Below, one piece after another: positions 24,056 to 37,178 of a stretch of 64,000 nt of DNA (its first letter is position 1; each line of letters starts with the position of its first letter). The position numbers were made by a program, and so were the translations under genes. The notes beneath the pieces were generated by a model. It had not been told where the DNA came from. It saw nothing but the letters and a program-made list of their open reading frames with translations, and made no database searches. Source of the DNA: Hydrolagus colliei (lineage: Eukaryota); contig CM068748.1 of NCBI GenBank assembly GCA_035084275.1, positions 13,082,001-13,146,000 of the forward strand, in the 5' to 3' direction.

Positions 24056-27000
24056 TTATGAGTAATGAACCTAACCAGAAACTTCATTCAGACATCTACA
24101 AATGTAAAATGAACAGCTCATCCAGATTGAAATGAACTGTTGGGAGTAGAATGATTGAGTTACATTTGGAGTTAAATGCCACAAGCAAACAGTAACTTCA
24201 CTCTTTGAAAGCAATGAGATGAATATGCAGTTTCCTGGATCAACACATGCTTCTATGCATCTTATACAAATGTCTACTTATTTTATGCAGATGTGTCCAG
24301 TACCAATGACATAGCATAGACAAACGCATAATACTTCAATAATCATGGAATTTCTGTGGTCAGCTTTGGGGAGAACTAACTGTGAAATAATACAGTACTG
24401 CCTCCATTCTCTGTGCTCTAAGGTAAAGTACTGGCTGGGTTTCAGAACAGTTAACATTCCTTCCCACACTAACTTGACAGGGAAAACATTTTCAAATCTA
24501 ATCTATAAAAAACAGCACATGTTCCCATATTATCTATTTTTCCATGCCTGGGCTTCTTGAAGCTTACACCACCAACCTACCCCCTAATTTAAAGAGGTCA
24601 CAATTGCTAAAACTCACCTCATTCATAACCTTTGGCAAACAGAAAAAAAGATGGGATTAAAGGCTTGTTTACCCTACTGCATGAATTCTGACCTTTTCTA
24701 AAGTTAGAGCTATTCTGCCATTTGCGAACTTAAAAGGCTATGTATAAAGTTTGGAAAAAATTAGCTTGCTTCAATATTATTTCATAGCACTCATTGTAGC
24801 AAACAGGTCAATTGCCTTGACAACATATTAAAAGATATAGAATGAGGCCTTTTCTTGATTACAACATTCATCAATTGGCAAAATAAGACAAATACAAGTA
24901 GAATTTAATTGTTCATATTTTTTCTGCAGATAAGATCATTTACACTGACCAATACACTTTGGCAAAGGTCGAAAATCCAAAATACACAAGCAATCCGACA
25001 TACACATAAGATTCTAGAGAAATCCAAAAGTGCATAATGCAATGGTTTTCTCTTTATACAGTGAAGTATATTACTGCATGACACTAACATATTGATTTGG
25101 CATAGGCTGACCCCATTTTCATTTTCTCACAGTAATTCCCATCAATGAAATACAGAAAAGACAGGGAAAATGTGGTTTCCACACAGCACGAGCATACTGT
25201 GAACTCGCTAAGCACAGTAACTAATCTATTTTGCAGGGATTTTTTTTTCCAAAATAGGTCATCACAGCTTTTCTGTGGAAATCATTCATCACTTTATCTT
25301 TCTAACCACCCAAATGATTAAATTAAAATTGCAGGAACTTATGGTGTAAAAATTATTAAAATGTTCAGAATGTACTACATACTACACCACAAAAAATGTA
25401 CGTAATTATTGAGGATTTTCCTCAGATTATATGAGTTGCTTTTCAAGGGGGATTGTTGTGTGTAACCCAGAAAGCACTTAAGATTCTGGCAACAATGGGG
25501 AGCTGAAATTTTGATCCTCTAAAGATCTGAGAAAGAGATCACTGTACAGTTGCAAAGATTTATGTCCTACCCTTTATCCAAGGACAGCAGATGACCAGAC
25601 ATTGCAAATGAAACAGCTGAAAACAATAAGTCCCATATTAAATTGCATCTCTTACTGACCTGCAGAAAACTAATCCAGCAATGCTGCTGTATTTAGGCAA
25701 TCAAATGAGTGTATTCTTCATTTTGTAGCCACTTTAACCGTCTTATGGGATTTTCAGAAAGGCTGAGCCAACCTAGAATTTAGTAGATCCACTTTTTGCT
25801 TTAGTTTGAACTGCTCACCCTCGTTAATACAAGGCAATCTGGCCCCAGACTTTCCAATAAAGTCATGCTGCCTACAACTAATAAAAAGTGCATTAGTGTC
25901 TCCATGGTCTAGATCAGCCGATTAAAGATTTAAACTGGCCATCACCCGCCCATTTGTTTTTTCACAACAGTCTGGAAATGCCAATGATCAGCAATTTGAA
26001 ACTCCATAACTTAAGGGCTATCTTAATAAAATTCCATGATAGTTTAAATGCCAATGTTTTAATCTAGAACAGTGAAGTCATTGCTAATTTTGTTTGATAC
26101 CCAAAAGTCATTGAATAACCACATTGTAAAATACACACACTTTGTGCCTTCAAAGTGGATGCATAAGAGCAGAACACAGTGGTTCAATGTTGGAGCTTGA
26201 ATCCAACATAAGCATATTCTTCAATAAACTAGAAAAGTTTGGTTCATTTCCCATCTCAAATAAGCACCCTGCTGTAATAGTGCAAGTTATTCCATGCCCC
26301 ACACTAACCAATCTAAATGAAGCTGCTAGTTTAGCGCTGAAGAACCTACAGAAATTGCACTCAGACTAAACTGATCATCTAAATTGTTGCCTGGGGAATT
26401 TAACCCATCTATTCCCTCAGTGGCCAGCAGCATTTTGGTAAACTTCACAGCAGTTTTTCATCCATTGTCAAAATGTGACCATGCTGCTTCAGGCTATGGC
26501 AACACATTAATATTAGGGAGCATCAATCAGGCCTTTGTATTCTCATCCTTTCCTTTATCAATGGAAACATTTCTGAAAAGGATGTCTCTACTGTTCTGGT
26601 CATCAATAGGGATTTTCTTCAACCTCTACCATACTATTTGACATTATCCCCTTTTGTGATAATCAGCATCAAGCAGAACAAGTCCACGTTTGTGATTCCC
26701 ATTTCAGATAGAGATCCAGTCATTATTGACAGCATTTGTTATGGGGGATAAGGTGACCCATAGATTAGGTTCAAGAGACTTCAATCAATGATGAGTGATT
26801 TATGGTCAGACTTGCTAGAGAAGTAATAATTCAGAATGCACAAGTATTTTGTAAAAGAAAGTATTTCCACCTTGAAACACACAGCAGATTACTTTCCTAA
26901 TCATTTTGCTACAAAGAGGAAATTTTAATACAAAGATTATAATTTGAGCAATTACAGGAAAAGTATTAATGATTTAAGAGTGCATATTCAATGTGTTCTA

Positions 27001-27809
27001 TCTTCAAGTGATTAGATTTTGCTAACTCATTAAATAATAAACTATTGTAAAGGACAGTATGGCACCATTGCACAACAACAACTATTGGTCTACCTACCTG
27101 AAAGTTCCGCTGACAAGTCAGGCTGTCTGAAATACTAATTAACCTTGCATTTGATATAGCATATCAGATAGATGACTCAAAGTCGATGTTTCGGTTAAGC
27201 GTGATTATTTGAGATTATCTCTTCAGCAGTACCTTGCATTATTTCGGATCCAGCTGGCTCAGAAACTGGACTGCCCAAGACCACCGCACAAGGTTGACTC
27301 AATTCAAACATTCTGTTGCCAAGCATGCCACCTTGTGTCCAGCTCAGATCCAAGAAGAATCTGTCAAGGAGTCACAAATAGATTGCTATAGTCTCAGCGT
27401 CACATAGGATATCATAGAGGGCAAAAACGAATTCCCTCTTCACCGGAGAGCAGGAAGCAAGTAAAACCCTTGAAGAACACGTCCTTTCAAAAAACTGATT
27501 GAAGGAAGCTTCTCGACAGCCAGCCCAACAATATTGTCTTATACAGTACAGTATTCATGTAGTGGCGCTGCATTTTTCAACTATAATCTACAAACTCAGA
27601 TGTGTGCTTGATATTGTGAAAAGTAAAAATATTATTCCTTCTACACCTCACGATTTGAAGAGATAGTTTTGAAACCCATAGTGTCCATTATGGCCCTCTA
27701 TCAAATGGCAATAACTAATTGAACACAAACTGTGTTGCCAAGGTTTTAAGTGTGAACTGTAAGGTTGGTCGGCAGGTTCATTTAGATCAACGTTAAGTAC
27801 CTTTCCTTT

Positions 27810-28040
27810 ATGTGTGTCAGCCTCGCTCAGTGGTAGTCTTTGAGTCAGACATCTATCCTTATCACTGACATCTGCAAAAGCTCAAGTCCCTCTTTGGGTC
27901 TTAGAATCACATGATCTACACTGACATGATCCAATGCAATGCAGGGAGTGGGGGGAGCAGGGGTGTTGCATTGTTCTGTCCTTCAGATGAAATGTTAACC
28001 AAGGTCCTGCCTGCATGTTCAGGTGGATGTTAAAGATGTG
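27810..28040 (+). mobile_element. Long Deu-domain SINE (family B), 5' half
   Basis: GTCAGCCTCGCTCAGTGGTAG..TGAGTCAGA head and CTTCAGATGAAATGTTAACCAAGGTCCTGCCTGC..TCAGGTGGATGTTAAAGAT core. Confidence 0.78.
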
Positions 28041-29769
28041 TTTCAATGCAAGTTACATCACTCGTTGCTATGGAAGTTGCCATGCAGATGCCAGAGCCTG
28101 ACATTGAATCCTTTTAAACAAAACAAGTGAAATATAATAAATAATAATCCTTACATTTGGTATTGACCTTTTATGTTAGATGGATGTCCTGAAGTGCTTC
28201 ACAGAATACAATGTAAAGTGCAGAGTCTGAGTGTTTTCCTGGTTGAACCACATAAGACCAGGAGTTAGTCATTTCTGAATCATTGTTGTTTTAAGATTAT
28301 TTTATTTCTAACCCATTTGATCTGAAAGCCTCTAAAATAGGATCACTTCATCAGCACTGTATTCAGTATCTGGAGCCTAGATGTCCACTGAAATTTCAGC
28401 CTTAAGAATAAGGCATTCAGCTAATGTGAAAAGGACTAATCATTGCCATTCAGATGCTCTTTCCCTTTCAGATTTCTAGGCAGCAAATAATTTTATATCT
28501 CTTTTGAGTTGTGTAAAAATAGCACACACAGTGGGGATGCTCCCTAATAACTAGAAGTAAATGTATGATGTTGTGTGGTCTGATGGATGACCATGGTGTG
28601 GTGTCACACCTGGGACCTTACAAATCAGACAGCTCAGCTTGTCTTTCGGCTGCTTCTCCCAGAGGAGCCAGTTTTCAGACTCAATCCTGTGGATTAGTTC
28701 AGAGGTGTTTCCCTGGACAATGGTTTCATTTACCAGAAGCACTCCCAGGATAACCTCAGTATTGTAGAGGTCAGCGAAGACATTTCCCAGTCACATTATT
28801 TGGGAATTTAAACGTGTGTCAGAAACCTCTGCCTGGACCTGGTAGGCCCAGCAGTTACCTAATGGTACTCCCAGGACTGATGTTGGTACATTGGACTCTT
28901 ACCTGGTCAGTCGCTGGGCATTTTAGTTTAGTTATTTTAGACGATCCATTCAAGCCAACAAAGTCTACTTCAGGTCAGATCGAGAGCAGTTGGTAGATTC
29001 TTTTGAGTGATTGAATTACATTGATTCATAATTGATTCATAATTGGCAAGTAACCAATGTATGATCTCAATTCAGATCACACAAGCAGCATTGTTAGTTT
29101 GTATTTCAGTCACCAACATTCAGAATGCCAAAGGATATTCAATCCAGAAACATCAAACCAAATGCTTTTCAGAACTGCACAACATGTGCTCTTTAGATCC
29201 AACTGTGCACTATCACCCAAACTTGAATTTTGGGGGAAAATGCAGATGTTTGCAAAACTGTATTCATTTTGGTCATTTGCAATGCTCACTTTCTGTTCAG
29301 TTAGGGAGATATTTATTGACAGGGAGGCATGGAACAAGATGACTTATTTCTAGAACACAGTATTGTACTTGTATTTTGAAACAAGGGAGCATAAGACTAT
29401 ATATTCTTAGGAATGAGGGGATGTTGTGTAACAGGCTTGCTAGAAAAAAAAAGGAATGCTTTGTAAAAGTAATTTATTTGATTTATTGAGTGTATTTTTG
29501 CCACACTTGTGAAAATGCTGGTCTGAAAATGTAAACTGTCAATAAAGTGAATGCTGCTCTTAGGATATTACAAATCTAAGGATAACATGACAGACCAGAT
29601 AAGGCACAATTTTGATTTGTTTAATGCAACTTCTGTTGACCAAAAGAATGGATAATACACAAAGTAAAATGTCCACAAAAACCTCGTTACATAAAAAATG
29701 CTATCCATAAATAGACCCCCAAACAAAGGACAAGTTGCTCTTAAAATAATACTTCTGTATAACTCTTTC

Positions 29770-30175
29770 ATTTTACTTGAAGGAATGTTGGCTAGGACAC
29801 TAGGGGGAAAAAAAATCCCTTTTCGTTTTGAATCCACCTGAGCAGGAAGACAGTATCTGTTTAACATTTTCTTAGATTTCTTATGGATAAAGGACGAAGG
29901 GATACGGGGATAAGGCGGGTAGGTGGAGTTAGAATAGATCAACCATGATCTTATTGAATGGCGGGGCAGGCTTGAGGGGCCAAATGGCCTACTCCTGCTC
30001 CTAATTCTTATTTCTTTTAAAGTACAGCACCTCTGGCAATGCAGCCACTACATTGTAGTAGTGTATCAGCCTAAGATGATTTGAGTTCAAAGTCCAGATG
30101 TGAAGCTTGAACTAACAACCCATTTTAAGAGGTATCTACTCAAATGCCAGAGTATTACCAATTGAGCCAGGCCGA
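29770..30175 (-). mobile_element. Long Deu-domain SINE (family B) interrupted by a CR1 tail
   Basis: ATGTTGGCTAGGACAC, TCCACCTGAGCAGGAAGACAG and CAGCACCTCTGGCAATGCAG..TCAGCCTA are collinear with the family B core. Confidence 0.75.
29874..30016 (+). mobile_element. HER1/HE1-like CR1 3' tail
   Basis: GATCAACCATGATCTTATTGAATGGCGGGGCAGGCTTGAGGGGCCAAATGGCCTACTCCTGCTCCTAATTCTTAT is the typical chondrichthyan CR1 tail (recalled). Confidence 0.85.
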
Positions 30176-30244
30176 CACTATTTATGAACTCTGCCCAAAT
30201 AGATTTGATACAAGCTTTCAAAAGTTCAGCACTGAATTTATACC

Positions 30245-30777
30245 CCCAGCCCCTTCTCACCTCAGGCACTGGCAACATCCAGAACCCCTTACACACACAT
30301 TTGTCACTTCAAGGCTCGACTACGGCAACTCCCTCCTTGTCAGCCTCCCAATCTTCCCTCCATACGCTGCAGATCATCCAAAACTCTGCAGCTCATGTCC
30401 TCACCCGCACCAGGCTCCATCACCCCCACCCTTGCCCCATCCAGGCTCCCCATTCCTAAGAGGATCAAATTCAAGATCCTCGTCCTCACATTTAAGGCTT
30501 TCCATGGCCTTACCTCCTATCAACTTGTCCATTCCCTCCGTTCAGCAGGCTCCAGCCTGCTCCATGTTTCCCACCCGAACCAGCCCTCCCTTGCCTCTTT
30601 TCAAGACTGGTCTCAAGACCCTCCTCCTCGACCATGCCTTCAGCTGCCTTCCTACCTCTCAGCCCTACCTCGTCCCTACCCTGCCCCCATGCTTGGGTCC
30701 TGACCCCTGACTGTTCAGCCTCTTAGGATGTCCTCCAGACTCGAAAAGTGCTCTACAAATGTAATTTTGTTGTTGTA
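30245..30777 (+). mobile_element. L2 LINE 3' fragment
   Basis: HTFVTSRLDYGNSLL, LQIIQNSAAHVLTRT, RIKFKILVLTFKAFHGL and FKTGLKTLL across frameshifts; (TTG)n tail. Confidence 0.93.
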
Positions 30778-31268
30778 GATTCAATCCAAATAATCATCAA
30801 CAATTTCATCAGACAGCACAGATTACAATATTCTGTAATCTCAAAACTGCAAACAAATCCTGAAATCCTAAAACAAATCCTAATCCTAAAATTTCCTGCA
30901 GATCAATTTATGATAACACTGAAGAGATATTCATGAATAATGTAGGATTTAATACATCACTGGATATTTTGTTTGTAACTGTACTGTATAAATGGACACT
31001 GGATTCACAAAAGATGTTCAACAAATCCTTCTCTATTTCAAAAGAAGAGCCGGGAAAATACAAATGCCACATAGTTCTCAAGATAATCATGTACAAGTGA
31101 GACAATGATGTTTGCTAAGCGTACGAGAAAAACAAATGCCAAATTCCGTTTCATAAAGTCACTGTTCCTTTCATAGTCATGAAAGAATGGATTGCGCAAT
31201 GTGTTGTGACTATCCTTTTACTTCTGACATCTGGGATTGCATTGAAACCAGACAGTTATAATACTAGA

Positions 31269-31317
31269 AACAGAAGTTGCTGGGGAAAATCAGCAGGTCA
31301 GGCAGCATCCATGGAGA
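31269..31317. mobile_element. Short Penelope-like terminal fragment between 9-bp direct repeats
   Basis: AACAGAAGTTGCTGGGGAAAATCAGCAGGTCAGGCAGCATCCATGGAGA resembles the recalled shark Penelope-type end; AATACTAGA at 31260-31268 and 31318-31326. Confidence 0.6.
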
Positions 31318-34300
31318 AATACTAGAGATACAATACTAGCCTTTTTTTGCTCCACCAGCAACTATGGGTGACAGACAATATAAAACTGGCTCATTTTAGC
31401 CAGTTTCTCAGGTACAAGCCAAGGTTGCCTTTAATTGTTGTGCTAATGTGGCCATCTCATTCCAAGAAGCCACTTCACATGATAGTGCTGTCAAAGAAGA
31501 AGTAAACATGGGTCCTCCTCTGAACTAGGACGCTGTCCAAAGCCCCATCACTATGGAACTTCGGGAAAGTCTTCAATATGAATTATTCCCAACAGTTCAA
31601 GGAAACGCCCATCTAAAAACTTTAGGAATGCATTGAAAATACTCCTTTTATGGGCTGATCAGACACAGGCCGCACTCTCAACGTCATTTATTTCAATAAG
31701 CTACCACAAAATATGCCAGCAATATCTGATACCATCACTGTGCCCTAATCTCATCCCTCAGCCTTTGCAAATAAAATTACAAAATGGTTTCAGATGAAAA
31801 GCTGTTGCATACTTGGGAGTGCAGTGGCAGAAATGTCTCATTATCTGGATATATGGAATGTTAATAAAGACTGAATGACAGACATTGAAAAAAATATCAG
31901 CAGTGCAAACATTACGCACCAGTACTTTAGTTGATTTCGAAAAGCTGTTTCTGTCTTAACCAGGGAGTCAGATCTTAAATACTGTAATACTGTTTACACC
32001 TGGTTGGCACACCTTCTTGAAGTCAGTAGTATTCCCCATTTTAGCCATAAAAATTATTTGAAACAAATTGCTCTTTACTAAATGACTGTAGTAAACATGA
32101 AAGAGTATCCAACAACAACAAAAATGGTCTTCTGTAGATATTTTTATTTTATATTTTAGTATCTTAGTGATGCAAAATAAAAAATGTCACCAATTTGCAG
32201 GCGTATAGAAGGTTACTCAGTTCCAGCAATATAAGCAAGTGAATTCCATGCAACCCGATTTCATAGCTTCATCCACTGGGCTATGATATCAGGAATCAGC
32301 AAAAATGGGGCATTAGTATGTAGAATACAATAGAAGAGAAGCTATTCGGTTGTAAAATCGAAAGCCAAGTTTCGAGATAGATTGTCTCATTACAAAAGGT
32401 TATAGAGCGAAGATGATTTTCTTGTACATAACATTACAAGCCAAGAGGTTATTCCTGTTTATCAGGTTGTTGCTCATTCATAGGCCATAAACTCACTGTG
32501 AGAGATGTAATTTTCCAATGCTTTGCATTTCAGTAACCTCATCATGTTTAGTGCCAAAATGTTATGCTTATCACGAGAAAATTGTTTATGTTCTACCAGG
32601 CTCAAATGGGAATTAAGCATGATTCAACAGTGGATTGGACCTGCAGCTAGAAGCTCGGAAATGGTTCCTAATATAAGATCCAATCAGGGTTTTTTCAGGT
32701 GATTCAACATTTGTTTTTTTTCAGAATCCGGTATAAGAAGGAATTACAGTTAACACTTTTTTTTTAGGATTTTCACATTCTAAGATATGAAGCAGTTCAA
32801 AATAACTGCTAAGTTTTTTTTTAATTGTTCCATCAAATCCTCTATTGAGTGTGCATCTGTATTCCCTAGTATTGGCCATTTCTAAACTGCATCAGATCCC
32901 TAGTGATCATATCCTGGCCTACATTATTGAGTTCAGGTTCCCGCTTGAACAAAAGGATTTTTCAAAGTCCATACAACTTTTGAGTTGCTCATACCACTTT
33001 TAGACCTTTTCCTTTAATCAATCTGTGAAGAAAAGCCAATTTCCAAAACAAGTGTGAGGTCAAAGCCAAAGTGAACAATTTCTTCATAGCAGTGAGACGC
33101 CATTCATTTTATAATGGTTTACAAATGTTAAATAGATTGGAGCTACAGTATTAGTAAAGCTCTTGGATGTAGACATTCTCTTCAATTCAGGAGTCATTCT
33201 TTGCATAATATCGGTCATATCCATGTACCATCAGCAAACTGATGTACTGAAGGAACATTTAATCATTGAAAAATCTATACACGCTCATTAATTATGTCAA
33301 GCATTGCTTGAGTAGAGTATGTAATGACATGGTTTTATTGAAACATAAATTTGCAACTCCAACTAAATTTATGATGCAATGCTCGTCTCAGGTTGTAAAC
33401 TCCAGTTTCACTCAGCCAGGAATGGTTCCTGTTTGCTCTGATGGTTTATCTGGGCAATTTAATCTCTCCTTAAACTCCTACCTTCTTCCATGATTGGATG
33501 CAAGTTACAAGACAGCAGACAAGCATTCTTCAGTCTGGTTTTGGAAGAGTCACAGAAGAAAAGTGGGCAGGTAGGTTAATCTACATTGTCATTGCTTAAC
33601 TTGGCCCATGAGTATTTGTTGTTACCGACTATAAATATAATGGCAATAATGTTTCATTTCATAAAATTATCTGTGTTATTTTCTCAAGCATCTTCTGAAC
33701 AACCTGAAAATTTAATAACAATCTGAACAAAGTGTGCCAATATCTTTCTGAGAAGATCACAAGAGCATTTGATAAAGTATTTGATTTCATCCTTCCAGAA
33801 AAACCAACCCACCATCCTCTCATTATAGCATCAAGTCATCCTATAAGATTTGTTAAAAGATAAGTTTATCAACTCTCTCCAAATCCAATTAGACCATTGC
33901 TTCAATACACCCCTTCACCTTGAACATGCTCAGACATTTTTGTCTCTTCCGAGATAACACTAAATAGTCTGCAATCTGTTAATTGAGGTTTTCGATGTTG
34001 AATCACGTGGGAATCTGTACACTGCCTCAGGAAGCCATTTCTCAAAGGAATTTTGTGCAATCTGTGGGTGGAATACTGGTTCGAGAGGAATGGACGTATA
34101 TGGCTGAAAACATGGTTTGTTCTAAGGCTCCATCAAGCTACAATTAATTTTTTCAGAAAGTTTTATTCTAAAAGTAGTAAATTTCATCTATTTGTCTTGG
34201 GGTTAGACGACATCAAGAGATGATAGTATACTGCCCACCATAGGTAGACGGGCTGTTAACCCTTCTCTTTTCTCTGATACGCCATACCAGAGTATGGTGG

Positions 34301-36141
34301 GGGGGTAGGGGGTGTCTGCCCCCCACCCCCACTTTCAAAGCACATCTCAAAATGTGCCTCTGATCGCTTTTTCAGTCTGATTACCACCTCGCCACCTATT
34401 TCAGCTTACACCTCCAGATCAGGTACCTGTCCAGCAATAAATGCTTTGATACATTGTACTTACATGAAAGCATATTTACACTATATAAAAGTAAATTGTA
34501 TACCACATCTTCACCTTCACTTGTTGATAGATTACTCGTTCCATTTACTTGAAGTATTGCACCCACAAACCTTTCCACCTCCCACCTTTATTTCCAATAT
34601 TAGGAGGGCTGTTAAACTTTCGTTTAATTGAGGTTCTCCCCATTCGGCCTATGATCAATCCAATTCTCCACGGTTGCCTTTACATTTTATGAAAAATATC
34701 AGTCAACCTCTGTGTACATTGTTTGAACCCGCAGTAAAGATTTTTAAAAAAAAGTCAGGTGTGCATTTTTATATGGGCCATTCACAACTTGTGTACTGAT
34801 GGTTCATGGAAAAATGCATGCAAGGATAACATGAACCCTTTAAAAGGTAATTAATAGAAAGTAGATATTTCAAACTGGTAGTGAGGTACAGATGTACTCG
34901 TCTGGAGCCAAGCAACAAATGGGCAGCTAGAAGCTTCTGTGTGCTGCTCAGTACTTGCAGTTTGAAATCTGGGGAACTAGGGAGATCGAATGCTTGCCCC
35001 CAGCCCCCACACTTCATTTCCATAAAGTTGAAGAGTTGTGTGCCTCTGTCAGTCACTTTAGTATTTCCATAGCCAAAACTTGTTCTACGATGGATACGGC
35101 TCATTAATCAACATTTGAAACCATTATTACACTGTCAGGTGGGACATAAAACAGCTGCAATTAAGGAATGTGGAACACTTTTGTTCTGCTACAGCGCAGC
35201 ATGACCTTATGTTGGATCATATTGAGCATTGTGAGTAGTCAATTGACATTGCACTCTGGTGCATAAGAGATGTTTTACTTAAAATTGACACAATACTATC
35301 CAAAAACGGTATGATGGTTTTTGAAAGGGAATGTAAATCGAGTTCCCAAACTGAAATTATATTCCTCATCGCGGTGCCCCTGAGCAAACAGGGAATGTCT
35401 GCACAATCTCCCCTGGAATGTGTGTGTGTAAAAAAAAATCAGAAGGTCAATAATTCTGTTGCAAAATCTCTAATTAACATATTCCACCCCTTTCGCATTG
35501 CTCTCAAAACATTTGCCATTAATGTACCTAACTCCCACCGGTCAGTATTTGATCCTCCCAAGTACAACAGGGTTTTTGGGGGGAACAAAACAATTCATGG
35601 CTTGCAAGCCAGTTTTTACTGTGTTAAGTTACTTGTAAGTAAAAGAAATCACAGAAGCACTGTGGTTATCCTATCTCACTGAGTTATGCATTCAAATCAA
35701 GACATGCTCCCTTCCTAATTATTGGGTGGGAGATGAGAGAATTTGTGTAAGAACTTGGTTTCAGGATGGAGAATAGCGAATCTATTCTGACACACCAAAT
35801 TTCCTCTCGGCATGCATGTAACTGATGATCTGGTAAATATTTTAAACAATTAGTATTCTCTATTTGGCATATGGGATCAATTCTTCTCAGAGGGATTAGA
35901 ATTGAAATTCAAAAATGTTGACATCCTTGAGATAAAGAGGAAAATTTGAAAAAATTGTCTGAAATTATGATTTAGCAACTACTGGAGAAAATTCCCTGAT
36001 GAGATTTCCTGCACTGTGGCACACATAGCATGAGGTAAAAGAGCAGAAAGATGTAAAGGGTTGCAACTCTGCAGACTGGACAGGAGGTAGACTGAGACGA
36101 TCAGTCAATGAAACATCATAAAGCAATGTTCTAGTCAAATT

Positions 36142-36393
36142 AATAAATAATAATAATACTTATATTTAATATAGTACCTTAACATGCTGTTGAGATGCCA
36201 CAAAGCACATCAGGGAATATACAATCATATGTAGTGACTCTGTGTTATGAGGATGAAACGGTGCAGCCAATTGCGCACAGCAATATTCCACAAACAGTTG
36301 TAGATTGAGTGACTAAAATTTATTTATTTATTTATTCATTTGTTTGGAGGGATTGTTACCCACTGGAAAACAATCCACCAATTGACTAACAAC
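36142..36393 (-). mobile_element. SINE (family A-like tail) without a tRNA head
   Basis: GCAGCCAATTGCGCACAGCAATATTCCACAAACAG body and (TTA)n tail. Confidence 0.82.
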
Positions 36394-36949
36394 CGATAAA
36401 AAATAAATAATTAATAAACCAAATAATAAATAATTAATAAACAGAACTAATGTAGAGCAGAAGCATTGTTTTGCATGCTGTTGTCAGAAAAGCATTGCAA
36501 GTTAAAACTTGCACACTAGAGATTCCACAATAATCAAGCAATCACAAGTTGAAGTTTACTGGAACAATAGAATTAATAGACTACTGTGGAGTAGGACTGT
36601 ACCTTTAGGAGCACAACAGAAATTAATGAACAAAACATTTTAAAAAAACTAATTATACAGATTGGACAGGGAAATTGAATTGTGAATTTGTGCAGATTAA
36701 TAAAATTTAGCAGTAAGCAGTGTCTGGCCGCTCACTGACACACTCGAGTACCTGTCTTCAGATGGACGTCTGTCTATACTTGACCAAGTTCAATTACGCC
36801 TGGCCATCAGATCGAGTGGCACATTGGATCAACAAATAGTGCCAAGATAAAGCGCAGCTGCAGTTGACAAGTTCATAAGGGATGAGTCTGGATGAATGGA
36901 TAGCGAGGAATTATTTGCTGCCTCTGTTTACCTAGTTGTAAATAGGAAA

Positions 36950-37178
36950 GTTGTTTGTCGATTGGTGGATTGCTCTCCCAGGGATAATAATCCCTCAAAA
37001 ATTTGGTCACTCACAAATCCACGACTGTTTGCATGATACTGTTGTGCACAATTGGCTGCCACAATTTGCCCATAAAATATACAGTCACTACACTTTATGA
37101 TACATTCTGCGAAGTGCTTTGAGATGTCTGAACAACCTTATAAAGGTGCTACATCGAATGCAAGGATTATTATTATTA
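36950..37178 (+). mobile_element. SINE (family A-like tail) without a tRNA head
   Basis: ATCCACGACTGTTTG..GTGCACAATTGGCTGCC..AATGCAAGGATTATTATTATTA; its 5' end is the inverse of about 36350-36393. Confidence 0.85.

Noticed and set aside
27170-27230. Hammerhead-like CTGAAGA...GAAAC on the minus strand
   Set aside because: Stem II does not pair, and I could not build stems I and III around a cleavage triplet.
34239-34653. Possible element with CATAGG...CCTATG ends and a G/C-rich hairpin
   Set aside because: The terminal match is only 6 bp and the flanks (CTGCCCAC, ATCAATCC) are not duplicated.
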